This document shows, one piece after another, positions 11,569-23,900 of a DNA stretch of 64,000 nt. Positions within the stretch are counted from its first letter, which is position 1. Each line of letters begins with the position of its first letter. The notes under the pieces were generated by a model that was not told the DNA's origin, ran no database searches, and saw nothing but the letters and a program-made list of their open reading frames with translations. The stretch comes from Schmidtea polychroa (Eukaryota). The stretch is taken from positions 46,810,001-46,874,000 of the forward strand of contig CM097888.1 in assembly GCA_044892525.1 (NCBI GenBank). The letters run 5' to 3'. A program made the translations under genes and the position numbers.

Positions 11569-14500
11569 CTAAAATTTAGATAAAAAGGTTAAAATATTTT
11601 CTTTTTTATCAAGATCTTAAATAAAAAGGTATTTGTTTATTAAATGACGAAAAGTCATTGAATTTTAGGAACTATGCATAATATTAGTCTTCATCTTCAC
11701 TCTTCAGAGGTGGGACACCTGAGCAATTATCAACTATTCCACATGTATATTTTTAATATAATATGCTCATTCACGACTAAATATAACAACGTGCATACAA
11801 CAATTTCATCGACCGTTATTTTTGCATACTGGCAATACTGATTATCGAAGTTTGACAGCTACTTCAAAGGGAGGGGTGGGAATATGGCTTTTGAAAATAC
11901 TACGGTGGGGCATGGTATAAAGAAGGTCGGAAAAAACTGCTGTAAAAATTTCATTTTACCTAATAAAATGAGTATAAAATCAAGCACGCTTACTGTGCTT
12001 ATACACGGAAATACAGAGTGAATCAACTTGTTTATGATGCTTAAAGGGTTAAGCATGTTTTATATTGAAATAGATAAGTGGATGTTTCACATCGATGACA
12101 TAACTACAAGATTTTAAGTTCACAAATCAAAATTTATTTCGAGGCCTCATTGACAGCTAAATATTTTTAAATACTGGAATACGCTATAAATTCATTTGGA
12201 CAAGCTTACATAAATATAAAGAATATACTAGTATAAGATAAAAAAATACAATTTTAAATTAGTTTTATTTTTTTTAACAAGGAAAATATATTTTAGAATT
12301 AATCACTATAAAGTTAAGATATTTATTTGAGAAATTAAGCAATCTTGTTAATGACTAAACGATTTGAGGAATTTTAAATTGTATTGTTTAATTTTTTAAA
12401 TGTTATGCAATCATTTTTCTTATTAGAAGTCAGCAATTTTTGGCAAAAATTTGATCATAAACATAAATTAACTAAAAAAAACTTACATATTTGCTTGAAT
12501 AGAATAATTTGTTTGGTGATTACATTTTTGTTAATAATTTATAATTTAAAATTGATCTAACTTATATTAAATTAAAATTATTTCAAAATTTAATATATAA
12601 ATTCCTAAAAAGGCTGAAAAAGTAATTAAAATAAATTGTAATATAAATGTTGTATAAGAGTTATATTAAAAAGATTGAATAATGATCTCATATCTATATA
12701 AAATCAAAATTCAAGCCTTAAAAGTTATTTTTTTTTACCAATTTACCTGCCATCTCTAAAATGAATTCAAAAATATAGTGTTAAAATTACAAAAATGATG
12801 ACTCATAAAATTGGTTTACATACCAGCCTGTATTATAGAAGTTTTTATTCCGTGAAAAAGGGTGTATATGGGAAAGCAATGTTTGAAATGATGTGAATAC
12901 TTGTGTTTTGAAAGTGTTTATAGAATTATGATATTAAATCTAGTGCTTGTGATGTTTTGTTTTAAATGATTTAAATGAAAACATTGCTTTATGCTTAATG
13001 ATTCACGAGAGACTAAATGACATTTTAGTATTGAACATACACAAAGAAAAATAATCTGTTTGACCACCGAATTTGTTTCAAGAATTTAAAATCGGACTTT
13101 TCGATAAATGATTTTAATTTATGCTAACTTTCTTGTTATTGTGAGGCACTTTAAATAGCATAGTTGAACTTTATTGAAAAAACCTATAAGAATCAGTGCA
13201 ATCTCATAGTAAAGTAGCATTGTAAAAAATATTAGGCTAGGTGACTATGAAGAGATTTTTGTCCATTATTCAAAAAATATTTTTAAAATACACAAGTTGC
13301 CTTTTTGCTTCTCTGTAATTAACTTTTGAATTATTGACATAAGTCCCTAGTATTTCACTACAATGTCAACACCTTTTTACAGAGTGAGTTCATCGTTTTG
13401 TCCCATAACGTCTAAAAGCTGATAAAATGCTCCTTTTATCCATTAATTAAAAATAATTACATACTAGCTTTTTTATTGAAATTTAAACTGGAAATTTGAA
13501 TAAACATGTATAATAAATATTATAAGAACTTTTTTCAATTTTCACCACTGATTTCTTTTTAATTGACATTGTATTTATTAAAAAGCTTAACTATGAATCA
13601 GTAAATATATCGATGTTTTTTTGATATATTTACTGATTCATAGTCAAGCTTTTAATAAATACAATGTTGAATAAATATGTTTGTTATAATTAAATAAAGC
13701 ATACATTATCAAATCATAAATTATCAATATCATTTTTATACAATATTTACACAAATTCTTTGTATTTTATATGAATAATATAATTCCTGGACTTTGTAAT
13801 ATTATTTGTCACTCATTTTTTTCAAATTTAAATTATTCTTTGACCCAACTTGCATTTGACTACTAGTATTATTTCTTTATGTGAGGAGTTAAAATTAAAA
13901 TACTAAATTAAATTAGTTCATGATTAAAATTTGTAAAATTTTAATTGAAACTTAAATTATTTTAAGATATTAAAATTGAAATGATAATTGAAATTTTAAA
14001 ATAAAATAATCTTTAATAAAATTGAAATTCAAGTATGAATGCGATGGTATGTTGATATTTGGTTGAAATTAAAATTTAGAAAATGTCCCAAGAATATTTG
14101 TTTATATAATCAGATTTAATGAAATATAATTTTGGATTTAATAGTCTTAGTAATTTATTTTGATGACAGAAGAATTAAATGTTATAGCTTCTAACATTTT
14201 ATATACTGGTTTTCCTCCTTTGTAATCGAATTATTGAATTACTCAATGACAAAAATTTTTCAAAACAAAACAATTAAGCAGCGACCTCTCGTCTTTGCTT
14301 AGAAATCTTGTTTCGCTAATTCAAAACATCATCTTTATTGATTTTAGAAGAAGGCCAAATCTCATTATTTTCTTGTTTACCTCTAAGGTTTCCCATATAG
14401 GTAATGAATCGATTTGGTTCTATTGTATTTGAATCCGTCTCATTGTTTGCCATTCGTATATACTTGTTTCTCCCGAAATACCTTAATTTTTACTTTTTCT

Positions 14501-15270
14501 AATTTTTAATTAATTTATTCACTTAGAATTTTTATAAGTTTTAGCATTTTATCGATTTACACATTTAAATTTCTATTCACATCCAAATTGATTTTGCACC
14601 ACTTAGACTAGTCCCAATGGCAAAAATATCAATGGCAACTAGTTTATTTCAAATAAGTTCAATTTACTAAATACTGTCCATATACTGACTTTATAAGGTG
14701 ATGAATTTTTGTTCAAAAAATGATCGAATTTTTTGTAATAGAAAAAGTATTTAGTACATGCAAATATTATGACTCGCCTGTGTCTTGAACTAGCATGTAA
14801 AACAACGTAAGTAAATATAATGTTCGTCCGTCTATGTCGCGGGAACGTACGTTAAGTGATTAATATGACATTTTTAGATAAATGAAAAATTTTTATTTAT
14901 CAAGCTGTTTGAAATCCTAAATAGGCTAAGATATCCTAATACAAAATTTATTAAAATATTATTAAAAATTATATTTAAAATAGAAATTGATTGTTAAAGA
15001 TGAAAATAAAAAAATACCGATTTTATATAGAATTTGATATATAATTAACAAAGATAATAAATTTACCTGATAAAATAGACAGGGCGTTAAACATTTTTCT
15101 TTAAATTCCAAATTAAGTAATTCTATTGGAATTTAAATATATATTTAAATATTTCATTTATATTATATGTATACTATTAACGGATGTTAATATTATAGAA
15201 ATATAAAATTATATAAATTTGGCATAGATATATGGTACACAAATAACGATATTAACAATAATAAGAACAG

Positions 15271-15271
15271 C

Positions 15272-15355
<84 letters not shown>

Positions 15356-15356
15356 T
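15271..15356. repeat. (AAT)n microsatellite
   Basis: Direct reading; a shorter tract lies at ~20058-20095. Confidence 0.95.
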
Positions 15357-15477
15357 CTCATTGATTGAAAAACACTTGAAAAATTTATATGTGCAATTTA
15401 AAAATTTTTAAAAATGTTAATGTTCAATCCTGATATTAATTATCGCGTCTGTGTGCGCGTTTTTTTTAATCGTACTT

Positions 15478-15768
15478 ATTGACTCAGGAACCACTTACTC
15501 ATGTATTAGAGTATTTCAATATGGAAAAGTCTAGATCATTGTCAATGATCAAGGAAACCGTACAACTTCAAGTTATGTTGCGTTTATAGATACAGAACGC
15601 TTAATCGGCGATGCGGCTAAGAATCAAGTTACAATGAATCTTAATAATACTTTATTTTATGCTAAAAGATTAATTGATAGAAAGTTTGATGAACTCTCAG
15701 TGTAAAGTGGCATGAAACACTGGTCATTTGATGTTTTAACCGAAGCTGGAAGACCAAAAATCGAAGTT
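15478..15768 (+). pseudogene. hsp70: HSP70 N-terminal ATPase-domain pseudogene fragment
   Basis: One frame reads [84 protein letters not shown], colinear with cytosolic HSP70 residues ~9-100; two in-frame stops, no introns. Confidence 0.92.
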
Positions 15769-16399
15769 CTAATTCACGATGGATCTGAATCTAGATTGAC
15801 AATTTATCAGTTTATATTTTGATTTTTATTCCTAATGATCTCTAAAAGATTATTTCCTTAAAATTTGATCTAGTTTTTATATATATAGCTCATGTCCCCC
15901 CTAGCTGAAGTTTTTTTTCTTTTGTCCCCCCTATGCAAAACATTTTACAGTTTTTAAAAAATTTCCAACTATTTTTATTGATATACGTAATTAATAGATA
16001 AAGATTAATTTTTTTATTCAATGAGACAATTGACTCTGATGGTTACTGCAGAGTGATTTAATATTAGGTTCGAAGTTGGTAAGTTTAAGCCTTAGATCTC
16101 CTCTTTCGACGATATCTAAACGATTTCTCTTCTTGATAAGTAAATCATTAATTACACTAAATCCACATTCAGATAAATAGGTAGTGGGAAATGGTAATAA
16201 TATTTTAGATAAAACTTAGATAAAACCCAAAAATTTTCTTACTAAAAATATAATGAAAAGAATATTTTTTCGATCTATAATAAAAAGACATAAAACTAAA
16301 TAAGAATTGGATATTAAAATTTCGTAGACTATTCTCGAATTTTACTGAAGAAAATAAAGAAAACGTAACTCAAACCTAAAATTAACATATATTCCCTAA

Positions 16400-16491
16400 A
16401 ATTGAAATTGCCCCCCTGGAAATACAAATTGCCCCCTTGGAAATCGAAATTGCCCCCAAGTGGGGCGTGGGCCCCACGTTGGGAAACACTG
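16400..16491. mobile_element. Right end of a hAT element
   Basis: Subterminal AAATTGCCCC repeats, terminus TTGGGAAACACTG, followed by ATCTAGAT (Charlie-type target). No matching left end found. Confidence 0.5.
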
Positions 16492-16592
16492 ATCTAGATG
16501 GTCTTTAACTCTTTGGTGCAATTGAAAAGGATTGAAAAAGAAGAAATTTTTTCATTTTTATCAAATTTATAATTCGCCACAAAAGGCTTAAA

Positions 16593-16726
16593 NNNNNNNN
16601 NNNNNNNNNNNNNNNNNNNNNNNNNNNNNNNNNNNNNNNNNNNNNNNNNNNNNNNNNNNNNNNNNNNNNNNNNNNNNNNNNNNNNNNNNNNNNNNNNNNN
16701 NNNNNNNNNNNNNNNNNNNNNNNNNN
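16593..16726. other. Assembly gap (N run); others at 17855-18003, 18882-19046 and 63064-63408
   Basis: Runs of N. ORF-track entries spanning them are artefacts. Confidence 0.99.
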
Positions 16727-16844
16727 AAAACATAGTTATCTTAAAAATGTCTAAATAGTATTTATAATAGAGGATGGCAAAGATGCTTGACATTTTATTT
16801 TTAAGTATAAATTGTACACATAATAATATATACTTAGATTAATA

Positions 16845-17689
16845 CTGGGTGTCTCATAAGTAGTTAGTGTATATATAATTGAGTATATTTACATATTAGT
16901 AATGCGAATTTTCATCGTACTACTCACAAGACAGGTTTCCAACCCTATCGACAAACTATCGTACACTAACTAATGGATGACGATTTCGATAGGAGAGAAG
17001 AATTTCACATGGTCTGAATAGAGCTTGTTCAAATTAAACGGAGTCTTAAACTGTCACACCAGCTGCTACTCGGTATCTTTTAACCCACACGCATTAATTC
17101 CGGTTATACAGTTTGCTCTAGGCACCATGGTATGGTGTGGACTTACCTCGACAGGCATAATTGGACCTTACTTCGAGGAAAATGCCAACGCTAACGCTTA
17201 CCTAGCGATGTTCAAAACTTTTTAGGCCAAAAATAAGGTCCAAATGTATGTACTTTCAACATGAAGGAGCAACAGCTCACTTGTGGAGCTAGCTTAATAA
17301 AAATGTACCTGGTAGATGGATCGGCAGACGTGACCAAATCAATTGACCTGAACGTTCTCTAACTTAGTTCTTTATGATTTCTTTCTTTGGTCTACTTGAA
17401 GTATATTGTCTATAAAGAGAAAGTAGCTACAATCAATAATCTTCGCGATCGCTTCACTACAGTATTCACAGAGATATCGGTCAAAATGACCAAGAATGCA
17501 CGCAGAAGTGTAATCCAAAAATAAAAGAACTCCCATGATAAAAGTGGACGTCAACAGGAATAATTCTATGTATTAATAAATTTGCACATAATTATACTAT
17601 GAATAAAAATATTTGGCATATTTAATAAATTTAATAACTTTTGAGTAATTTGAAAGTAAATGCATATTAACTGCTTACGAGACATTCTG
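16845..17689 (+). mobile_element. Degenerate Tc1/mariner-superfamily element (internally deleted)
   Basis: TA-flanked imperfect TIRs CTGGGTGTCTCATAAGTAGTTA / TAACTGCTTACGAGACATTCTG. Remnant motifs MVWCGLTSTGIIGPYF, YFQHEGATAH, GRWIGRR, *PERS(P)DL..YDFFLW. Confidence 0.85.
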
Positions 17690-18004
17690 TAAATAAAAGT
17701 CATGAGAAATTGGAATAGTAAAGAGTAATTATGATAATTGTTTTTGTATTCATAGAAGCATATTTTTACATTATTAGAGTATTTCTCAAATTTATTTTTG
17801 GCAATTTTCGCGTATGGCACTCCAATGCAACGCTTCCATTGGTTTTACCATGCGNNNNNNNNNNNNNNNNNNNNNNNNNNNNNNNNNNNNNNNNNNNNNN
17901 NNNNNNNNNNNNNNNNNNNNNNNNNNNNNNNNNNNNNNNNNNNNNNNNNNNNNNNNNNNNNNNNNNNNNNNNNNNNNNNNNNNNNNNNNNNNNNNNNNNN
18001 NNNG

Positions 18005-18881
18005 ATTTTATTAATAAAAATCGCCATTCGTACATCTTTTTCACTATATATTTCGATAGCATCACTATCATCATCAGGTTACCTACATTCACGACGGATG
18101 AATAACTATACTATATTGATAATATATAAACAAATTATAAAATCTATAAATTTTAAATTATAAATAAAAATTTTAAACAATTTTTTTTTAAAAATAATTT
18201 TCAATAATCAATTATATTTAAACTTTTAAAATTATTTAAAAAATATTATTTTAATTATTTTTTTAATTATTTAACACAACTATTATTCAGTATACATCAA
18301 CATACAAAAATTTAATTAAAAACATTCAACACACACGTATTCACTGCATTCTGCACATTGATTTTAGGATTAAAAGTTCTTATCAATAATGCTTCACATA
18401 TCACACGCTCAAAACAATTATCAAAATTTTTTGATAAGATTTTTAAATCAGACATTCCTAATTTTCTCATACAGACTTTATTGTGATCCTTAATATTGGA
18501 CATTCCCTTCGGTCGAGATGATGACGGGAAGTTTCTCCAATGTATGTGGCATTACACCCATTACATGTGAATTGATAAACGAGACCCGAACACAATCCAA
18601 CCGGCGTTTGGGATTTACTAACAAACATACTACGTACTTTGCACGATTTGAAACAATTCTATAATTCAATGTACCCAGCTGTTTACCAATCTTTCTTTTG
18701 AAATCTTTATATCCTTCAGACTACGGCAATACCATCGTATATTTTGGCTCATCTTGTTTGTTAGTATTAATACTCATATTCACTACAACATTCGACATAT
18801 CATACTACGATCCTTAGTATTTTACAAATTGTTTATATATTATCAATATAGTATAGTTATTCATCCGTCGTGAATGTAGGT
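18005..18881 (-). mobile_element. 5'-truncated Penelope-like retroelement (GIY-YIG endonuclease remnant) with inverted pseudo-LTR
   Basis: Minus strand reads LVYQFTCNGCNATYIGETSRH...ERVICEALLIRTFNPKINVQ (GIY-YIG). Segment ~18081-18135 recurs inverted at ~18825-18881, next to a gap. Confidence 0.8.
18038..18083 (-). ncRNA. Minimal hammerhead ribozyme motif in a Penelope pseudo-LTR
   Basis: Minus strand: aac CTGATGA t GATAG-tgatg-CTATC GAAA TATA TA gtg. Conserved core, 5-bp stem II, palindromic minimal stem III; stem I is weak. Confidence 0.6.
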
Positions 18882-19429
18882 NNNNNNNNNNNNNNNNNNN
18901 NNNNNNNNNNNNNNNNNNNNNNNNNNNNNNNNNNNNNNNNNNNNNNNNNNNNNNNNNNNNNNNNNNNNNNNNNNNNNNNNNNNNNNNNNNNNNNNNNNNN
19001 NNNNNNNNNNNNNNNNNNNNNNNNNNNNNNNNNNNNNNNNNNNNNNCAGAAATATATTTGAGCATTGGACAAAAGTACTCGTAGTTAAATGATATAAATT
19101 CAAAATTAGCTATTTTTGTTTTTATGAAATATTCTAAAATTACAATTATACAATTTCCATTAAATCTTTTGTTTCATAGACTTGTTATCGAAACCAAAAT
19201 AATTAAATTCAGGAAAAGAGAAAAAGATAATTAATCAGCGGAATTCATGGAAATGTATTTCAAATGGGCATTATTAATGAAGCATGGGATAATGCCAGAC
19301 CATAATTTATAATTCAGTATCAATAATTGAATGGGCAAATGATTTAATCAGGAATTTATGATGAATATTTAATGAATATTTCCCTTATAAATATATTCAT
19401 TTGCAACTTATTCCTATTCCAATTCAGTG

Positions 19430-20055
19430 ATGAAATTCCCGATTATTTCTATTGTTGCGTTGTTCATGATTTTCAATTGTTTTTCTGCGAATGAAGATGA
19501 CACAAAATCTCTGGCAGAATTGAAAAATTTGCTTTCCGATTTAAATGAAGAATATTTAATTGCCGGCCGTCCTAGGTTAGTTTTAAAATTTTCAATGTCA
19601 AAACTAGTTGTATAATTTCTAAATATAGGAAATCCTTATATGATATTAGTTTCTGATTCGTGTAATACTGCGCACAAACATAAACTGGTACACACTGTCA
19701 TTTTTCAACCAATCATTGTTTATCATGCACACATTTTCTAAATGCTAGGTAGTGAGGACTCCAGCGCAGTTTGACCTCAATAACTATTCGAGGTACTCAC
19801 AATATTATTTAAAGGTCATCAAATATAGGCTAATTAAATCATTTGTTTTAATTTGTATATCACTATTTTATTTTATTATTTAATTTATTACATTTTAGTA
19901 ATTATTACTATTTTGATTTAAAAGTTAAAATTGATTTTTTAATGGTAAAAAGGGTGTTTGAGGATTATGTTTTAAGGGTAAAGTCAATTTATGATAAGTC
20001 AAGGGTGACATAAGGTTTGCATATTTGAATGTCTCTCTCATTTAAATTCGTTTAA

Positions 20056-20095
<40 letters not shown>

Positions 20096-20834
20096 GGAGA
20101 TTGACAAGGACTATCTTATAGTCGAAAATTCTTTCATTAAATACATTATTTGCAGCAAAAGGCTTAAATTATCATTTTATTGTTTTAATAATAATAATAA
20201 TAATTTAAAACAAAAAATATCTCAAAACCCAGAAGGTAGAGAAAGATGTTTTAACTTTAAAATGTTTTAGAACCTGAAATTCTTTAAGGGATCCAGATTA
20301 AGAATTTTATATAATTGATACACAAATTATATCATTATACAAATGTTATCAGATAAAGTTTGCTGGTTGATCTATAATCATAGTAAATAGGCACGAGAGT
20401 ATAAGAAATAAAGCTGATAATGATTTTATGGTATTTTATCATAAAATATTTTTCAGTTGTAAATAATTACATCTAAAAGGTTAAAAATATATTTATAAAT
20501 AATAAAATGACGGTTTTCAATAACCTTTACACTATTCTCCTTCTCCTATGTAAATAAAAACGCTTAATTCTAAGTAAGCAGTTTCAACCAATCAGAAAGC
20601 AGCTACTAACATTTAGTCAAATATTTCCTTTGAATTATTGGCATATTTACACAATCATAAATTGTTCAAAGGGTATTTTCATCTTTAATCAATTTATTGA
20701 TCTATATATTAATTTTAAAAAATTAATATATATAAATCAATGAATTAAGTTATTATTATTATTTTATTAGATTTGGAAAGCGCAACTCGATAATCAAAAG
20801 AAGTGCAAATCCTCTGAAATGGATCACATTGTGA
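19430..20834 (+). CDS. npy/npf: Neuropeptide Y/F (NPF) precursor, two coding exons 19430-19575 and 20771-20834
   Basis: Spliced product MKFPIISIVALFMIFNCFSANEDDTKSLAELKNLLSDLNEEYLIAGRPRFGKRNSIIKRSANPLKWITL*: signal peptide, RPRF-GKR amidation/cleavage site, and a phase-2 GT-AG intron in the last Arg codon of RPRF, the conserved NPY/NPF intron position. Confidence 0.93.
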
Positions 20835-20911
20835 AAAATACAATCAATAATATGATTTATTTATAATAAAAATATTGGAAATCGTAAACATTTAATGATT
20901 TATTTATAAAG

Positions 20912-23900
20912 TTAAGACTGCAGAAGAAGTGCTACACCAGCTAGCACCCATCTTATTGGTCGCTCTTTTGTTTTCATGTTGAATGTCCATACAAATGTGG
21001 GACCTCTCTGTTTGGTTTTATACACGGGGCAGGCATAAATTGATCGCAAATCTTGTCTGTCAACGGGAATAGCTTTTATGAATATTACTGGCATGGCAGG
21101 ACAGAGCTGCATTAATCTTGCTTCAGCGATGCCTCCCGATTGAGAGTCCCATTGTGCACCATCCATAAATAAGCCATGAATAAATGCCCCTTCTCTTGGA
21201 GCTCCTCCGATTTCTTCTCTCTGTTTCTTGGTTACATCCACCTATGAATCGTTAATTAAACACCAAAAAATACAAATAAATCGATTTTACTTGAATACAC
21301 ATTCGATCTAATGGCCATTCATTTTTACGGGCCATTTGTTGCATGACGGCCGTTAAAAATGACTGGGGATTGAAAAGCCCAGCAAGCCATACGCAATTTG
21401 GTAGATGAAAATCTGAAACCCAAATTTCCAAATCTCTTACGCGAGTTTGTAGATCGCCGTACCATAATCCTAACGGGTTCAAACTTGGATATGCCTTATT
21501 GGACCATGAAATTGGGACTTGATCAAGGAATAGAGATTGAGAGAGTGATTCCAGTTCAGACGAAAACGTCAGTTCTCCCTGTAAAGAAATAGAGAAAATC
21601 ATTGATATCGCCAAGTATTGAGAAAGTATAATTTTTCTGCAGAAGTGTAGTCAGAGCTTTAAAATATAATGTCCACAGGTGCCAGAAGGAAAATCATAAA
21701 ATATGCAGATCACATTTTAATATTATTTTATTAGGATGACTCCACAAATGCTTCCCCTTTACCGCTTTCCTATACTCACTTTGAAGTTATTCATAGAATG
21801 TTATATGCTATATGTTTTACACTTTTGAAGATAAATAAATTCAAATTTTACCTTCCATTACTTATAGTTTAGTACGACTTATTAAGTTTTCTCCAACGGT
21901 TACGCTTTATTTTGTTGAGCTCCCCAAAACAAAATCCTTGGTGTACGTTTGGTCGCAAAAGGAGATATTTTCCATATTTATATGTCACCCAACCGATTTT
22001 ATTCAAACTTTCAGTGACAAACAAATTTATTTACAGAAGAGGGTTTATTTCTTATTGTAACCTTTACCAACTTCCACACATTTTGGCTACAATGACACCA
22101 AGTCGAAATTCACTGGCACAATCAAATAATTTTCCTTACAAATCCTTCTTCAGTGTCAGAAGAGGTTAAAATTACTATGAGTGAGGTCGAGACTGTATAA
22201 TAGGTGAGTGACATGAGTCAATTGTTGCTGTTGTCAGGTGAGATGTGTGGGTTGGGACATTGTCATGCAATAGCCAGTGTTCATTGTTTCCTATTTTCCG
22301 CTGCTTTCTTCTTGCTTCCATTACCAGTTGCACATAATAGTCGCTGTTGATTTTGATATCTGATGCAGCTAAGTCTCTTGAGAAAGCCTTTCATGTCACA
22401 AAAGATTTCTTGTGAGATGTGTCAGTTCTCATTTTCAGTAATGATTTCTCATCTTGCATCTTCCATTCGGCAGATTCATGTTTAGTTACAGGTATGTATT
22501 GGTTCAGATGTGTCGCGTTTTTCGTGATTGTGTGTCTGAGAAAGCTATCACGAAGCTTTTCAAATTTTTCTGATAACACAATTTCCTGGTGTCCATTTTA
22601 TTCAGAAAGTTATGCAACATACCTTTGGAGATGTTAATACGTTGTGTCAGGTCTCTTGTTTACAATGCAATAGTCTGCCATGATGATTTTCTTTTCATTT
22701 CCAACTTCTACAGGTCTGCCAGGGTTCTCCAAATCAAAACACCGGTGCACCCAATTGTAAAATACGAATTTAGCTGTAAATGGTTGTTTTACAAAGGCAC
22801 TCACTCTTGTAAACATTATGCTGTTGTACAATAATTTCTTGGCTACTAGTTTTCTTCAAAAGTAGAAACTTTATAACGCTTCGAAATTCAACATTATCTG
22901 ACGCAATAATAAAATATTTTTTCAAACAAAAATATCTTAGAAAAACAAAAACCCTTTTCATTACCTTTACATATTTAAGTATAATCGCCTGCAATATATA
23001 TTTGATAAAGTAATAATTTATTGTTGACTAAGTATTTATTAGGCCTGTCACTTATTTCTGTGGATTTTAATGAAGTTCTTTTTCTTCATTCTTCTTTTCC
23101 CCAAAATAAAAGTATTAGTTTCTTTAAAATTGATGTTTTTACATGTTTGTTTTATTATCGAAATTGTATGCTCCGTCTTTGTATGTTTCCTTAGATTTTC
23201 CTATAATAAATTGGCATGCGTAGCTGCTAAGGAATTTCCAGCACACGGATGAATTTGTATGTTTCTCTTAATATAATTTATTGATTATTATTTATAATTT
23301 ATGTATAATTTATCAAATGCAACGCGGTGTATAAGCAAAATGGTAAAAACAAAATTTTCTACATTCCGGCTTCAAAATTCTTGGTTGCGCCACTGTAGCT
23401 AAGTAACATGTACTGTTGATAAATAATAGATAAATAAACATTAAAATATTTAAACTTACAAAGCTCCAATAATTATTTGACAGAAAATATTTCTACTGCC
23501 ATTTACTATGTCAGATATCCGTAAGTGATAATTTCAACTAATAGCATTCAAATGAATTCAATTTACAATATCCAATCCAAACGTCATATTTATGGTGCAA
23601 GAAAATAAATAATATCACTCGTTGGAATTGGGTGATATCAGTCTCACAATTCTCAAATAAAGATTGGCTTTTATGTGCATAAAGTTCTTTAAATTATCTG
23701 CGAGTTTCCAGCAAGATTTTAACATGGAAATCTAGTTTCTCCAAACTCTCAAATAATGTAAAGTCCGTAAGTATTTCAATTTTTTCGAAATTAGTTCTCA
23801 TATAAGAAATATTGGCCATTCCTGTTGCATATATTTTCGCTAAATTGAGTCCAGATTCCTCTTTATTAAAGTATATATGATGTTTAGTTTTTCGGAATTA

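Noticed and set aside
14280-14865. Possible piggyBac end (CGCGGGAACGTACGTTAAGTGA-TTAA) with coding-like sequence
   Set aside because: No partner TIR and no diagnostic transposase motif found.
15789-16499. ATCTAGAT at 15789 and 16492 as a TSD pair for one hAT element
   Set aside because: No left TIR follows the first copy, so it is probably coincidental.
16494-19103. ORFs containing X runs
   Set aside because: Artefacts of translating through N gaps; the same applies to 62920-63513.
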